From assembly GCA_030264375.1 (NCBI GenBank), contig JASCQW010000112.1, positions 40,907,899 through 40,971,898 on the forward strand: a DNA stretch of 64,000 nucleotides. The letters are read 5' to 3'. Position numbers and translations under genes: made by a program. How positions within the stretch are numbered: position 1 is the stretch's first letter; every line of letters begins with the position of its first letter. Shown in pieces: positions 24,568-36,492 of this stretch. The notes beneath the pieces were generated by a model. It made no database searches. It was not told the origin of the DNA and saw only the letters and a list, made by a program, of their open reading frames with translations. This DNA comes from Carcharhinus longimanus (taxonomy: Eukaryota).

Positions 24568-27500
24568 TCTTGAAGATGCTCACCGTTTTGCACTGGTGGT
24601 TTATCTTCCCCCTTTCCTGGATGGTTGATGTGGTCTGGCTTAACTTGGTGCGTAGTTTAAACTTGGAGCCAAGCGGGAGTTATGCTCATGTCCTGGAGAG
24701 GAGAGTTAAATGTGTCCTATCTGAGCCAGAGATGAGGTTGGAGATGGAGAGTGGAGCGGAGCCTGTGACTCTGTCCAGACTTGCGTGAAGGAGAGAGAGA
24801 GCAAGCAGGTAGCCCTTACATGAGATGGAATGGCTGGATCGGCTGTGATGGGANNNNNNNNNNNNNNNNNNNNNNNNNNNNNNNNNNNNNNNNNNNNNNN
24901 NNNNNNNNNNNNNNNNNNNNNNNNNNNNNNNNNNNNNNNNNNNNNNNNNNNNNCTGTGATGGGAAAAGGAGCAGTGGTTGCACATCTCCCCAATCCCCCA
25001 CCTTCCCATTCTTCAATCCCTCGCTCAGTAACCCCCATGCTCTCTCATAGCCACCCCTCTCAACCCAACCTCTATCGGCTCTGAATCTTCCCCTCCCACT
25101 CCTGGGCTCGGAATCTTTCCCAGTCTCCTATCCCACACACTCCAATCTCCCATTTCCCTTCTGGTGATCCTGAAACTCCCACAAGGTTCAGCAAATTCAT
25201 TCACCCACTCTTTAAAGCAAAATGTTACTCTTTGGAAGGGAGCCCTCTGTCTCTGACCTCCCAGTAAGTCCTTCCCACCTCATTGATGGTGTTTTAATTG
25301 TTTTTCTGAATTGCAAGTGCCTTCTGTTGTGTCTGTTCTTTGGCCTATAAAATGATGTATTTCATTTACAGGGCCAAAAATCTTGGGTTGGGCACAAATC
25401 TTCTGAAATTACATCCATTTAAATAGGGAAAGCTGCTTCAATATAAATGGCTTTGCTTTAAATAGTTGTTTCCAGGAATGTGTCGACTTAAAACAAGGTA
25501 TTTCTGTACTGACCTTTTGTAACAAATGTCAAACAGATACCCCAAAGGAGGTATACGAGCTTCGGCTTCCAGCCCTCTGCAGTTGCTTTGTGCCATCTCA
25601 ACTGGGTGTGTTCCAAACTTGCATAGACGACAAAGGCAACCACAATTTAAGACTAACTAGAGAGCTGCCAAAACAACAAAACCCTCAGTAATTATGCTAC
25701 TTTCTGTGAAATTTCCGTGCCCAGACTGTAACACGGATTTCAAGGGTCACACAATTCCTGAGTGGTTTATGGGTCAGTAAGTCATGACCACCTATTGTTT
25801 TCAAAGGAAATTCTCATGGATACTTGCCTTTGGTGACATCAAGGAATGGTTTTGCAGGAAGAGGAGGTCTGGATTTGTCTGTCTCCCAGTGGTATTGCGA
25901 TTGATAGTTACAATAAGGCCTATCAAGACTTTTGTATGACATTTTTCAGTATTAAGTTCGTGTCCTCCTTCATCTTAAATTAAAATTACTTACCACAACC
26001 TATCTTTCTACATAACTTTAAATTGTGAATTTATCAAGGCACTTATGAAATTCTAAATTCCTAAATCAGTATTGCTACTCTCACTGATTTAAGGTTAGGC
26101 AGATATAAGTAAGCTATTATTCATGTAAAGTTATTTGGATTATTATGGTAAACCAGTGATGATGTGTACATTTAACATGGTTAGAGAGACCTTGATATAA
26201 GTTTTTATTTGTTCATGGGATGTGGACATTTCTATAAAAAGCCTAAAATGATGTATTGAATGATTCTTGCCCATTGAAGGGGTCCTCATGAAATGAATTT
26301 GATTAGTCTTCCCCCTTATTCCAAGGGAATGCAGACCTGCACGATTTAGCTGCCATATATTTGGACTCATAAGTAGCATGAGAATTGATGTAAGAAATAG
26401 ACAATGCCAATTGGTACACTGAGGAGTGCTCCTCTGAGTTTGATAAGGTAGTGATAGGAAAGAGTACGTTTACTTGACCATGTTCTGAACAGTGATACAT
26501 TTAGCCTAGAAGTGCTTTATGCTAATTTCACATGTTCAAAATGGAAAAATAAGTTCTATTCCTAAGACAGGCAATCTCTATTTGATGTGGATAAAAAAGT
26601 TAGCCATAACTGTTTTTGATGTGCATAAACATTGAGTAATTTTGCTCAAAATTTAAGATGCAAGTTTTATTGTGGAATACATTGGTTCATTGTGACACCA
26701 TTTATTTTCAAAAAACTTAAAATAGACACTTCTTGTACCAAAATATCCCTTGGGGTGGTCCTTTTTTGAATAATTATAATAGGCCCTGAGATATTCTTTC
26801 TTGGCTTTGAAATGTCTGTTGGATACAACAAGTGTTTGTACACATCTGGTGTCTGGCAGGATGTTACAATTGCCAAATAGCTTAAATTGTTTTCAAAAGA
26901 GGCCTAGCCGGGAAATGGTTAATTGCTACTTGCAGCAAATGGAATATAACCAGAGATTCACCACCCCATTTGGATCTATCCACAATTGAAAATTGCTGGT
27001 GTGTTAAGTGTTAAATGCTGAGAACAATGTTTTGAGTGTGATAAATGGTGCTGTTGAAAATGATCATAAAGGAGTACGCTGCTCCAGCCTTTGGCACTGA
27101 GAAATTAAGAATGACAATTTATTTTTAACCGTCTTCAATGTCCTTTTCTTGATGTATCCGCTACTGTCCTCCACCAGTTTTCACATTCTAATAGCTTTAA
27201 TTTTGTAGCTATCTTTTGTCTAGATTTCTGTGTTGAAAGCACACAAAAGTAAATGTAACGGAATTGACTCCTGTATCACTGAATGCGTCGTTGCTTCTGG
27301 CAACCAGTCTTTCAGACGGGATTGATTTTATCCAGGAATGCAAGGGCACTAGATAATTAACTTCTCATGTACCAAAGTTTGTTTTGAACTGTGCTACTGA
27401 AAGTACCATTTAACACTACTGTATTTATTTTCTTATATAACTTACTGTTTCTAATAATTGTACACCATAGAGCATGAAGTAAATAGGAGTATCATTCTCC

Positions 27501-27705
27501 ATTGGAAGGTACAAATACAAGAGGGAGTTGTTTCCATTTGCATTAGTTGCAGCTTTATGGTACAACATTTACAGACAACGATGTCAGAAATCTCTTTCAA
27601 TGCCCTGGGCTTCTTGATTAAAATGTGTGCAATCTAAAGCATTCCATTAAGGCAGATAAATTGTTCAGGCCTAACGCCATATTCCCTGGCCTCCTTTGTT
27701 TGCAG

Positions 27706-27978
27706 TTTTTCTTTATTTGTTCGTTGGATATGCATGTCACTGACCAGGGCAGCCTTTTTTGCCCACCAATAACGCCACTCAAGGTGGTGTTCATCTTCAT
27801 GGACCACAACAGTTCGTATCCTGAGGAGTGCTGTTAGGTAGAGAGTATTAGGATTTTGACCTAGTGACGTTCAAGGGACATCCTATAAATTTCCAAGTAA
27901 GAACGTGTGACTTGAACAGGAGCTTACAGTTGATCATGGTCTCTTGCATCTGCTGTCCTTGTCTTCTCACGTGGTAGA
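27706..27978 (-). mobile_element. 3' part of the same LINE family as 24388, minus strand
   Basis: T-rich tail, then reverse-complement similarity to 24388-24567 (e.g. GGATTTTGACCTAGTGACG). Confidence 0.6.
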
Positions 27979-29029
27979 TGTATCAACAGTGACCTAATTG
28001 GCCATGTCAGGATGATGCTTCCATGCAGAGGTAGACTTGCACTTTTGAGAGCCCCGTGCTCTCATGCCAGAACCCCTGTGACATCATGCTCTGCTTCCCA
28101 GTAACATGACTTCTTTACCCTCCTCAGCCCTGGCCATGGGGTCGTGTGGCCCCCTGCTGCAGCTGGTCCTCTTGATGATCTCAGCTTGTCAGTGTGCTGG
28201 TGGCTCACTGGCTACTGCTGGCTATCTAGCTTTGGCCTCTGCTCTCACCCATGCAAGTCTCATTACAGTCCAGCCACCCCACTCTCAGATATGGCTTCTG
28301 CTTGAATTGCCCCACTGCTTCCTGAAAACCACGCTGGTGCCTATTGGCCTCACACCTCCCAGTCCCAACAGCTCACCTCTTGCTTGGATGGCTGAGCCTC
28401 TAGTCTCGATGACTGTGTGGACTTCTGACTGGCTGCAGTATCTGCCTAGCCCAGGCTGCTGCTGGCTATCTGGCCTAGCCTCTGCACTTTCTTTGTTTCC
28501 TCTTCCTTCCCCCAATGAGTTGCCCTGCTGCTACCCTTGATGGCCATTGGCCAGCACCACCGCCTCAACCCTCACTCTTGGCCTTGCAGGTCTGCACTCT
28601 GATGTAAGGTCAGCAACCTCACTCTAGCCTCAGGCTGCTTGCCTGACTGTCGTCATAAGGCTGCTGCTTTACTAATGGAAAAAAGTTCTGAAACTTCAGA
28701 CCAGACAATCAACAAATCCATCTGAACTGCTCTCAAGTTACCATCAACTCTCAACTAGGACAGTGTTTTCCTGTGCTAAGTGAACTCCTCCAATCAGATC
28801 CATGTTGTTCTCCATTGCTTGCTGATGAGTCTATCAGCAAATTAAGAACTACAAGGCTCTGATCCTGCCACTGCCACCTCTCAGTTTGGGGCCACCCCAT
28901 TAGTCAGGGCCCTGTGTTGATGTGCTGTGTGTTTCATTGCAAGTCCGCCTCTGCTAAAGTTGGATCTCCTCCTACTTTAGGCCCCTGGTTGTGGGACTCA
29001 GTCCACAAATTAAGATCCAGCTTTGCCTT

Positions 29030-30660
29030 TCCAACCTTAAGATGAAGGGTAGGTCATTGATGATGCAACTGAAGATAGGTGTGCCTAGGGTGCTTCCTGA
29101 GGAACTCTGCTGAGATGTTGTGGGTTTGAGATGATTGGTCTCCAACAACCACCACAATCATCTTCCTTTGTGCTAAGTATGATTCCAGCTAGTGAAGAGT
29201 TTTCCTCTGATTCCCATTGACTTAAATTTTACCACAAATTATTGATGCTATACTGGGTCAAAGACTATCTTAACACATTTGGACTTCAGCTTTTTTGTCC
29301 ATGTTTGGACCAAGGCTGTAATGAGGTCTGGGGCTAAATGGTCTTGGTGGAATGCAAACTGAGCATCAAGGTGTAGGTTATTGGTAAGTGCTGCTTGTTA
29401 GCACTACCCATGACACTTTCCATTATTTTGCTAATTGAGTCGACTGATCAGATTGTAAATGGCTTGATTTGATTTGCCGCTTTTCTGGACAGAATATTTC
29501 CTAGTTAATTACCCATCTTGTTGCTAGATACCAATATTGTCACTGTCCTGGAACAATTTGGCTAACCAAGTGGCTAGTTGTGGAGTGCTAGTCTTGAGCG
29601 CTGCAGCCAGAATGCTGCTGGCGCCTGTAGCCTTTGGTGCATTCAGTGCTGTCGGACGTTTCTTGATGTTGAGTGAATCAAATTGGCTGAAGACTGACAT
29701 CTGTGATGTTGAGGACTTTGCTCAAATGGCACCCGTTCATTTCATCTGCTCAGCACTTCTGTCTGAATACAACAAAATGTTTCAGCCTTTTTTTAACTGA
29801 ATTGCTGTGCCCACCAACAGTAAAGATAGGGATGTTTGTAGAGCCTTCTTTTCTTAGTTGTTTAATTGTCCACCACACAACACACCTGATCCATTAATTA
29901 TGGGATTGCTTAGGTTTGACTATAATATGCCCCTGTTGTTTAGCATGCATGTTGTACTGTATTGTAACTTCAACAGGTTGTCAATTTTTAGGTATGCCTG
30001 AAGCTGTTCTGCTGCTTTATAATTCATAACTTAATGGCAGTGGTAGAGTGTGGGATATTCAAGGCCATGAGGTTCAGATTATGGTGGAGTATAATTCTGC
30101 TGAATACTTGCAGCCTTTTATCTGTGACCAAGTCCATTATGGAACAAGTAGATTAGTAAAAATGTTTTTTTGTTATTTTTCTAATATCTACCACCTAGTT
30201 TGGAAACTGTCGTTCAGGACTTGGTAAGTAGTTATGATGCCGAGCCAGTTGGAGAGTTCAATGTCCATTATTTAGAGTACGTTCTATGCTAATGCCACTC
30301 GGTGCTTCTTCCAAGTGATGTTCAATGTCGAGGAGCACTGACTCATCAGCTATTGCAGGGCGGTAGACAGTAACAAGCAGAAAATTTCTTGCCCATGTTT
30401 AATCAGATGTCTGGAGTCATTGTTAAGGACTCCCAACGCCACTCCCTTCAACTATATACCACTGTACCACATGGCAGATCAATCCTGCTATTGGGCCAAG
30501 TTGTGTCAGGAACCATGAAGGTGGGGTCTGGGACTTCGATGAAAGGTAGGTTAGGCTGTTACTTGAATAGTCTGTGGGACAGCTCAAGTAGAACTTATTG
30601 AGGAGTATTTTGCAGGGTTGTCTTGGATGCATGTATCTTTGGCATGCCTGGTGCCTCAGT
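29030..30660 (-). mobile_element. Decayed LINE ORF2 (APE endonuclease + RT), probably continuous with 27706-27978
   Basis: Minus strand: GSTLGTPIFSCIINDLP (RT PQGS-LGP-F-INDL motif, ~29045-29100) and ADESVLLDIEHHLEEA (endonuclease region, ~30300-30350). Confidence 0.8.
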
Positions 30661-30729
30661 TGATGAAGGCTTTATTATTGTATTTTATGTAGTTTAATAT
30701 AACTTGTGTGGCTTTTTAAGTTGATGCAA

Positions 30730-31258
30730 AGAGTAGTTAGAGTCTGAATCACATAAAGGGCAGTCCAATTATGAAAGGTAGATTTCAATTACTTAAGAAC
30801 GTGATTGAATAAGATGGATTTTTACAGCAATCTGATAGTTTCATGGTCACCATTATTGATATTAACTTTTCATTCTAGATTATTTTATTTAATTAACTGA
30901 ATTTAAATTCCCCAGTTTCCTCAATAGAATCTGAATTAACCCTGAATCCAGACCTCTGCATTAGTAGTCATAAGAACATAAGAACATAAGAAATAGGAGC
31001 AGGAGTAGGCCATCTAGCCCTTCGAGCCTGCCCCGCCATTCANNNNNNNNNNNNNNNNNNNNNNNNNNNNNNNNNNNNNNNNNNNNNNNNNNNNNNNNNN
31101 NNNNNNNNNNNNNNNNNNNNNNNNNNNNNNNNNNNNNNNNNNCTGACCACCTGCTGCACCTGCAGGCTGGGTTTTTGCGACTCATGCACAAGGACCCCGA
31201 GGTCCCTCTGCACTGTCGCCTGCTGCAGTAGTCAAGTAACATAACCACTATGCTACCA
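30730..31258 (-). mobile_element. tRNA-head SINE split by a younger CR1 insertion
   Basis: Similar to 52245-52648 (CATGGTCACCATTATTGATA vs CATGGCCACTTTTATTGATA). The head resumes after the insert as AGTAACATAACCACTATGCTACC. Confidence 0.6.
30971..31226 (-). mobile_element. Young 5'-truncated CR1 insertion with 8-bp TSD; interior collapsed into an N gap
   Basis: (CATAAGAA)n tail; AGTAGTCA duplicated at 30963-30970 and 31227-31234; minus strand reads VQRDLGVLVHESQKPSLQVQQVV. Confidence 0.9.
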
Positions 31259-32089
31259 TATCCTTACTTTATATATTGTACTATTACAATAGTAATTCTT
31301 TAAGTATCAAAATAGAACATGCACTGTGTATGAAATTATATTAGTAAATACATATTACCAGTTGTAAGGAGAACTAAATACTTTCACAAGGCTGTAAGGG
31401 AAACATCTGCATGCAACTGCAGTCAAGTAAATTCTCCTAAATTACAGTTCACTCATTGGTTTAGGATCTGGAGATATCCTTTATTATCCACTTTCTGACA
31501 GAATTTCATGCATCTTCTTTTAAGAGAAACGGTAATGTCCCAAGTAATTTAAACATATATTTTCAAAGCTGACCTAAATGCAAGTACTTGGATCCAGATG
31601 GATAGATGAGCAGGAATGTACAATACAAGCCTGTTTTCAAGCCCTCTATTTGGCCCCAAGGTGGACAAAAACAGATTCTTGGACATTAATTTGGGTCATT
31701 GAATACTGCCAGGACAGCATTCTTGTTTATTTTGTGAGTCAACTTTACAGAGGAATGACAACTCAGACTAGGACATGGCCAAGTAGTGGCGTTTTTTTTG
31801 AGAATGGAAATATTTGTGCAATTTGGAACAGAGGATGTAACCATATCAAGTTTCTCAAGGGTATTTCATCCACTTTGTCTGCATTGTCTTTTCAAATGGA
31901 GAGAACCTATTTGTTTTTTTTCTATCAAAAGTCTTTCAATAATGTTACAGTCTTGGAAAATAGGTTTTCATTTTGTGGTTTGGGAATTTTGTTGGTTAAT
32001 TGGAAATGCAAAAGAAGGCTAAAATCTGCGGAACGTAAGTTAGAATAAATGCTTGCCTGTTACATTGCCTTTGTAGACTATTGCCTACT

Positions 32090-32407
32090 AGGGAAGGTGG
32101 TGGCTCAGTGGTATTGTCGCTGGATTGGTAATCCAGAGACCCAGGTTCATAATCCCACCACTGCAGGTAGTGAAATTTGAATTCAATAAAAATTTGGAAT
32201 TAAAAATCTAACCATTCAATTGTCATAAAATGCCATCTGGTTCGCTAATTAATGAAAGCAATCGACCATCCATCCTTACCTGGTCTGGCCTGCATGTGAT
32301 CCCAGATCCACAGCAATGCGATTGACTAAACTTGCTTCCTCATGGACAAATTGGGGATGGGCAATAAATTATAGCCCAGCCACATCCCATGAACGAACAA
32401 AAAAAAA
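32090..32407 (+). mobile_element. tRNA-derived SINE with LINE-derived tail
   Basis: A box TGGCTCAGTGG, B-box-like GGTTCATAATCCC, tail GATGGGCAATAAAT...CATCCCATGAACGAAC plus poly-A, shared with the LINE end at 24513. Confidence 0.8.
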
Positions 32408-32509
32408 CTCAACATCGTACCACGTATACAATATCACGTACTAGTTGGTATTTCCTTTTCAGTGTTAATGTGAGCAAATCAATGTACAATATAGGGGCAC
32501 TCATTTGTA

Positions 32510-32860
32510 TATAATTGGGAGGAGCATTTCAGAGAAGGTTCATTCCACTGATTCCCAGGATGAAAAGGTTATTTCATGAGGAAAGATTCAACAGGTTGGG
32601 CCTGCCAGAGATAGAGATTTTTTTCTCTAAAAGCTGTTAGCCATTACCCTCTTCCTTGGGTTAGTGGAGGCAGGGCCATCAGATATTTTTTAAGGCTGAG
32701 TTAGATAAACTCTTGATTGACAGTAGATTTAAAAGGGCATTGGGGGTAGACAGGAAAGAAGAGTTGAGTCCATAATCAGATCTGCCATGATCTTATCAAA
32801 TGGTGGAGCAGTCTTGAGAGGTTGAATGGTCGCTCCTACTCCTACTTATGTATGTTCATG
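32510..32860 (+). mobile_element. CR1 3' fragment
   Basis: QRRFIPLIPRMKR-like frame and CR1-type tail GCCATGATCTTATCAAATGGTGGAGCAGTCTTGAGAGGTTGAATGG...CCTACTCCTACT. Confidence 0.75.
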
Positions 32861-33744
32861 TTGCAATCCGCCGTCACCGTACATTACATTTTGTAGCTAT
32901 AATTCCTTCAGAATTTGAGCATCTGTGAAGTAACAGAATGTTATCTCCAAATTCAATGCAAAATTAGCATTTTTCTTGTACTCCTAAGTGAATGACCTCT
33001 TGTACATAACATCACAAACTATGAAATTCTGTATTAGTCATTAAAGTTATAAAAAAATGACTGGTGTAATGCACTGTTTTGTCGTTTTAGTTAACTGAAG
33101 CAGAAAAACTGCCGCATTGTCTTTAAAACATTCATGATTTAGAGATTGTGATTCTCTTTTAGTGAAAACTGAAGGGAAATGGTGGCCTGCCCATAAACTC
33201 AGCAATTAAGTGTGGAGTGCCAGTAATTATGCAAAGGAAATCTGCACTAGAGGTTAATCATTTATCTTTAACATTCTTTGGTGTAATGTTTGCACAGGAT
33301 GTCAACTTGTGTTTTTTGTACCAGGTCCATAGGACACCACTTCATAAAATTGGTGTACAGTCAACGTTGAGGTCATCTGAAAATTTCTGTAATGTTTCAA
33401 AGCAGGCTCTGTTGAAAAGCAGGCTCTTCCTGAGAACAAAATAAGCAGAGTCAGAATAAGCACTGCCTGCATTCCTTAAGATAAAAATTTAAACTTGTCT
33501 CTTTCAGCTATTAGGTTAACTATTTTAATTGAATTTGGACACAAACGTAAAATAACTATTTTGAAACTTTATATTGCCAGTATTAATCTTTCAAAAATCT
33601 ATGTTCTTATTAATATTCCCTTTGCTGAAAGTAATGTCTTGCTGAAGTATAGGTAGATGGTAGCAAGGTGTCCATCAATGCTGGCACAAAAATGACTTAT
33701 TTTCATATTTATTTTGAAACCCAAGAACTGAGGAGAGAGCCTTT

Positions 33745-33930
33745 TGAACTAGTATCACAGCTGAGCTCAGTTCTTCACATGTCCAGTAGGGGTCATTGAA
33801 TAGCAATTAAGATGTGGAACCCTGTCTAATTTTACCCTTCCACTTGAGGTGTGTTAAGGTCATTTACATCACTACTATTTCCTTCAGAGCTAAAATCGAT
33901 TGAGATCAGACTGGGAACTCTCCCTGTCTT
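33745..33930 (-). mobile_element. Old SINE-like repeat; probable relatives at ~47130-47400 and ~63710-63952
   Basis: Loose mutual similarity (GGTCATTGAATAGC / GTCACTTGATAGC; AGACTGGGAA); very decayed. Confidence 0.35.
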
Positions 33931-33962
33931 AAGAGCAAAATGTCTGCTGATTGAGGAAATTG

Positions 33963-34074
33963 AAATAAAAGCAGAAAATTCTGGAAGAGTCATGGACCTG
34001 AAGCATTCATTCAATTTCTCTCTCCACAGATGCTGCCAGATCTGCTGAGTAATTTCAGCATTTTCTGTTTTTAG
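33963..34074. mobile_element. Penelope-like terminal-repeat hairpin remnant
   Basis: AAAAGCAGAAAATTCTGGAA ... TTCAGCATTTTCTGTTTTT inverted arms; CACAGATGCTGCCAGATCTGCTGAG resembles 45895-45918. Confidence 0.6.
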
Positions 34075-34221
34075 CTCTTCTAGTCTGTATGGCTCGTGCA
34101 CTGGAATAACTTGTTGCACCATTGGGCTAGCACAAAATACTTTAGCACAATGATGAAGAACAGCAGTTCCCTTTGATAATCCTGCCAATGGAGCAAAGAA
34201 TTATACAGATAATTATTAAAC

Positions 34222-35010
34222 GTGTATTTTTATAGCACCTATTTTGTCAAAAATCATCCCAATGCACTTCCCAACGTGGCAAAATGTCTTGATGTTTCAC
34301 AGGAGCATTATTGAACAAAATTTGACAGTTACTAATGAAGATGTGAGGACAGATAGCCCAAAAGCTTAATTAAAAGAGATTGGTTTTAAGTAATGCCTTA
34401 AAGAAGGAGACAGAGATGGTGAATTTTTGGGTGGGAATTACCAGTCTTGGGGCCCAGCCAGCAGAAAGGATGGCTGCTAATGGTGGAGGGATTAAAATTG
34501 GGGATGCATGAGAGAGCAGATTTGGAAGAGTGCAGAGTTCTTAGAGGTTACTGTGGTAGGAGGGGATCAGAGTCTATGGCAAAATTGGAAGGTGCTTGTC
34601 AAAATTTTAACATCAACCCATTGTCATAACACAACACAAGCCAGCAAGTAGAGGGGGATATGTGAACAGAACTTAGTTTGAATTAGGACATGAGCAGCAG
34701 AGTCTTGGACGGTCTGAAGTTTATGAAGGGTGGAAGATAGAAAAGGCCAACCAAGAAATAATAGGAAGTGTAATTAACCAAAATTGATACCAAGCCAAGA
34801 AAGCAATCTCAGGGGAGAGGGGAGAGGCGAAAGACTTTGTTAAAGTTGAAATTTTGACTTAAAAAGAAGGAATTTAGGGAGGAAATTCAGGAGTTTTGCT
34901 CTTGACAGCTTAAGGGCTCTACAATACTGCAAGTGTGGGAGTCTCATGAGGTTTGAGTTGGGCGAAAGAGGTAGTTATAGAGCAATGGAGAGACCATTGG
35001 AGGGATTTGA
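34222..35010 (-). mobile_element. L2-type LINE 3' fragments (two adjacent decayed pieces)
   Basis: Tail GTATTTTTATAGCACCT followed by purine-rich sequence typical of minus-strand L2 ends; GGGAATTACCAG / GGAAATTCAGGAG correspond to the WNSLP motif. Confidence 0.6.
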
Positions 35011-36305
35011 ACAGCAGTGATGGGTGAACCGGATTTGGATGTGCTCAGTTTTAAAACCCGGGGTGGGGGAGGGGACATGTAGAACGGCGTGTCACAGACA
35101 GAATTTAGTGTTGCTTTTTATTGTCAGTGATCCGTATGTTTGTGCATGAAAGTTGTGTTTTTTCCTCATGATTGTCCCAATTTAAATATCCCTGTAGTAA
35201 GTCTTTGTGAGTTTTAAAAATAAGGTTATTTTATTAGCGCACACTTGCCCTGGATGTTTAAAATGTGACACCTCGGACACAAAGATTAGATGCAAATGAA
35301 GGCAAAACAATGGAATTACATTTTATGATTGTCTCAGGCTCTTTTGTGGCATGGCCTATGGCTACTTAGATGAGTTGATGCAAAGGTCTTGTGAAACAGA
35401 ATTTTCTCAGTAAGCTAATTTCTAGGAGGTTGGTTCTCAGGCTGGGGTGGGGATGGTGTCCTCTCACTTTCAAGCTAATTACTGTTTACTACCTTGGTTC
35501 CTGAGATGACTAGCAGCTGATATTATTGCTTTCTGATGGAATTCTTTCTGCCGAACAGCTTCTTAATATTACTTTAAAATCAAAGTGGCTTTCTCACCTT
35601 CGAACCTCTTCCCAAAAAGGGATGATATGTTGATTACACGTCCTGTGTTGTTGTTTGAAATTCATCCAGTCCACTTTGGATGAGGGACCGTCATAAATAC
35701 AATGGAAGGTCTCTGGGATCCATTCATGTTTGTCTAGCATACATTGAATTTCAATGTTTCATTTCTGGAGGCCACATTGAAACATCAGAAAGATGGACTG
35801 GCTGGTATATTTGAGTTCTTTTGTTGATATACATCCCATTGTTTAAGGATGGTCTGAATTCTCCCGATGGCTGTGGATGTTCATGTATTTGTTTGAGATT
35901 CAACTGCCTTTAAACTGTCAAAAGTCACATAATTTGCTGTGGCCATTTCAGTAATCCATGTTCAAAATTTTAATGTATCACCTGAAATTTTATATATGCT
36001 GGAATATAACATGCCTCCACTGGCCAGGGAAGAAATAGAATCATTTTTTTTGGCTTGGCTTCCTTGCGAAGAAAAATTACGCATTGACATCTTCATGCAA
36101 GACATTCATGCACAATAATTTCATACATCTACAGTTGCTCTCTCCCTCATTCCCTGTTCTTAATGTCCCTAGTTACGTGTTATCTGGTGAATGTTCATTC
36201 AAATCAGTACACAAGGTTTTGGGAATATAACTCACAGACATTTGTTTCTCAATGCAGTTTACAGCTGGGGAAGTTCAAACTTCATGCTGGCTCAGAGGGA
36301 GGAGT

Positions 36306-36492
36306 ACAGTAAGAAGTCTCTCAACCCCGTTCTTACTGTGCTTATCCCAGTCCAANNNNNNNNNNNNNNNNNNNNNNNNNNNNNNNNNNNNNNNNNNNNN
36401 NNNNNNNNNNNNNNNNNNNNNNNNNNNNNNNNNNNNNNNNNNNNNNNNNNNNNNNACTGTGCTTATCCCAGTCCAACGCTAGCATCTCCACA
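36306..36492. mobile_element. Tiny Penelope-like insertion (~66 bp after gap removal) with 14-bp TSD
   Basis: TCAGAGGGAGGAGT at 36292-36305 and 36493-36506; internal inverted repeat ACAGTAAGAA/TTCTTACTGT; similar to 54458-54529 in both orientations. Confidence 0.75.

Noticed and set aside
31578-32048. 156-aa ORF and the many other 60-150 aa ORFs downstream of 6.4 kb
   Set aside because: No recognisable domains, codon bias or consistent exon chain. Lengths fit chance or LINE relics, and I could not identify exons of any neighbouring gene.
32090-32165. tRNA genes at the A/B-box motifs (also 41370-41426, 45190-45250, 58702-58760)
   Set aside because: These are SINE heads followed by SINE bodies and tails; no complete cloverleaf is evident.
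36330-36356. U2 snRNA-like similarity (CTGTGCTTATC)
   Set aside because: The match is only a few bases; the sequence is explained by the repeat shared with 54458-54529.
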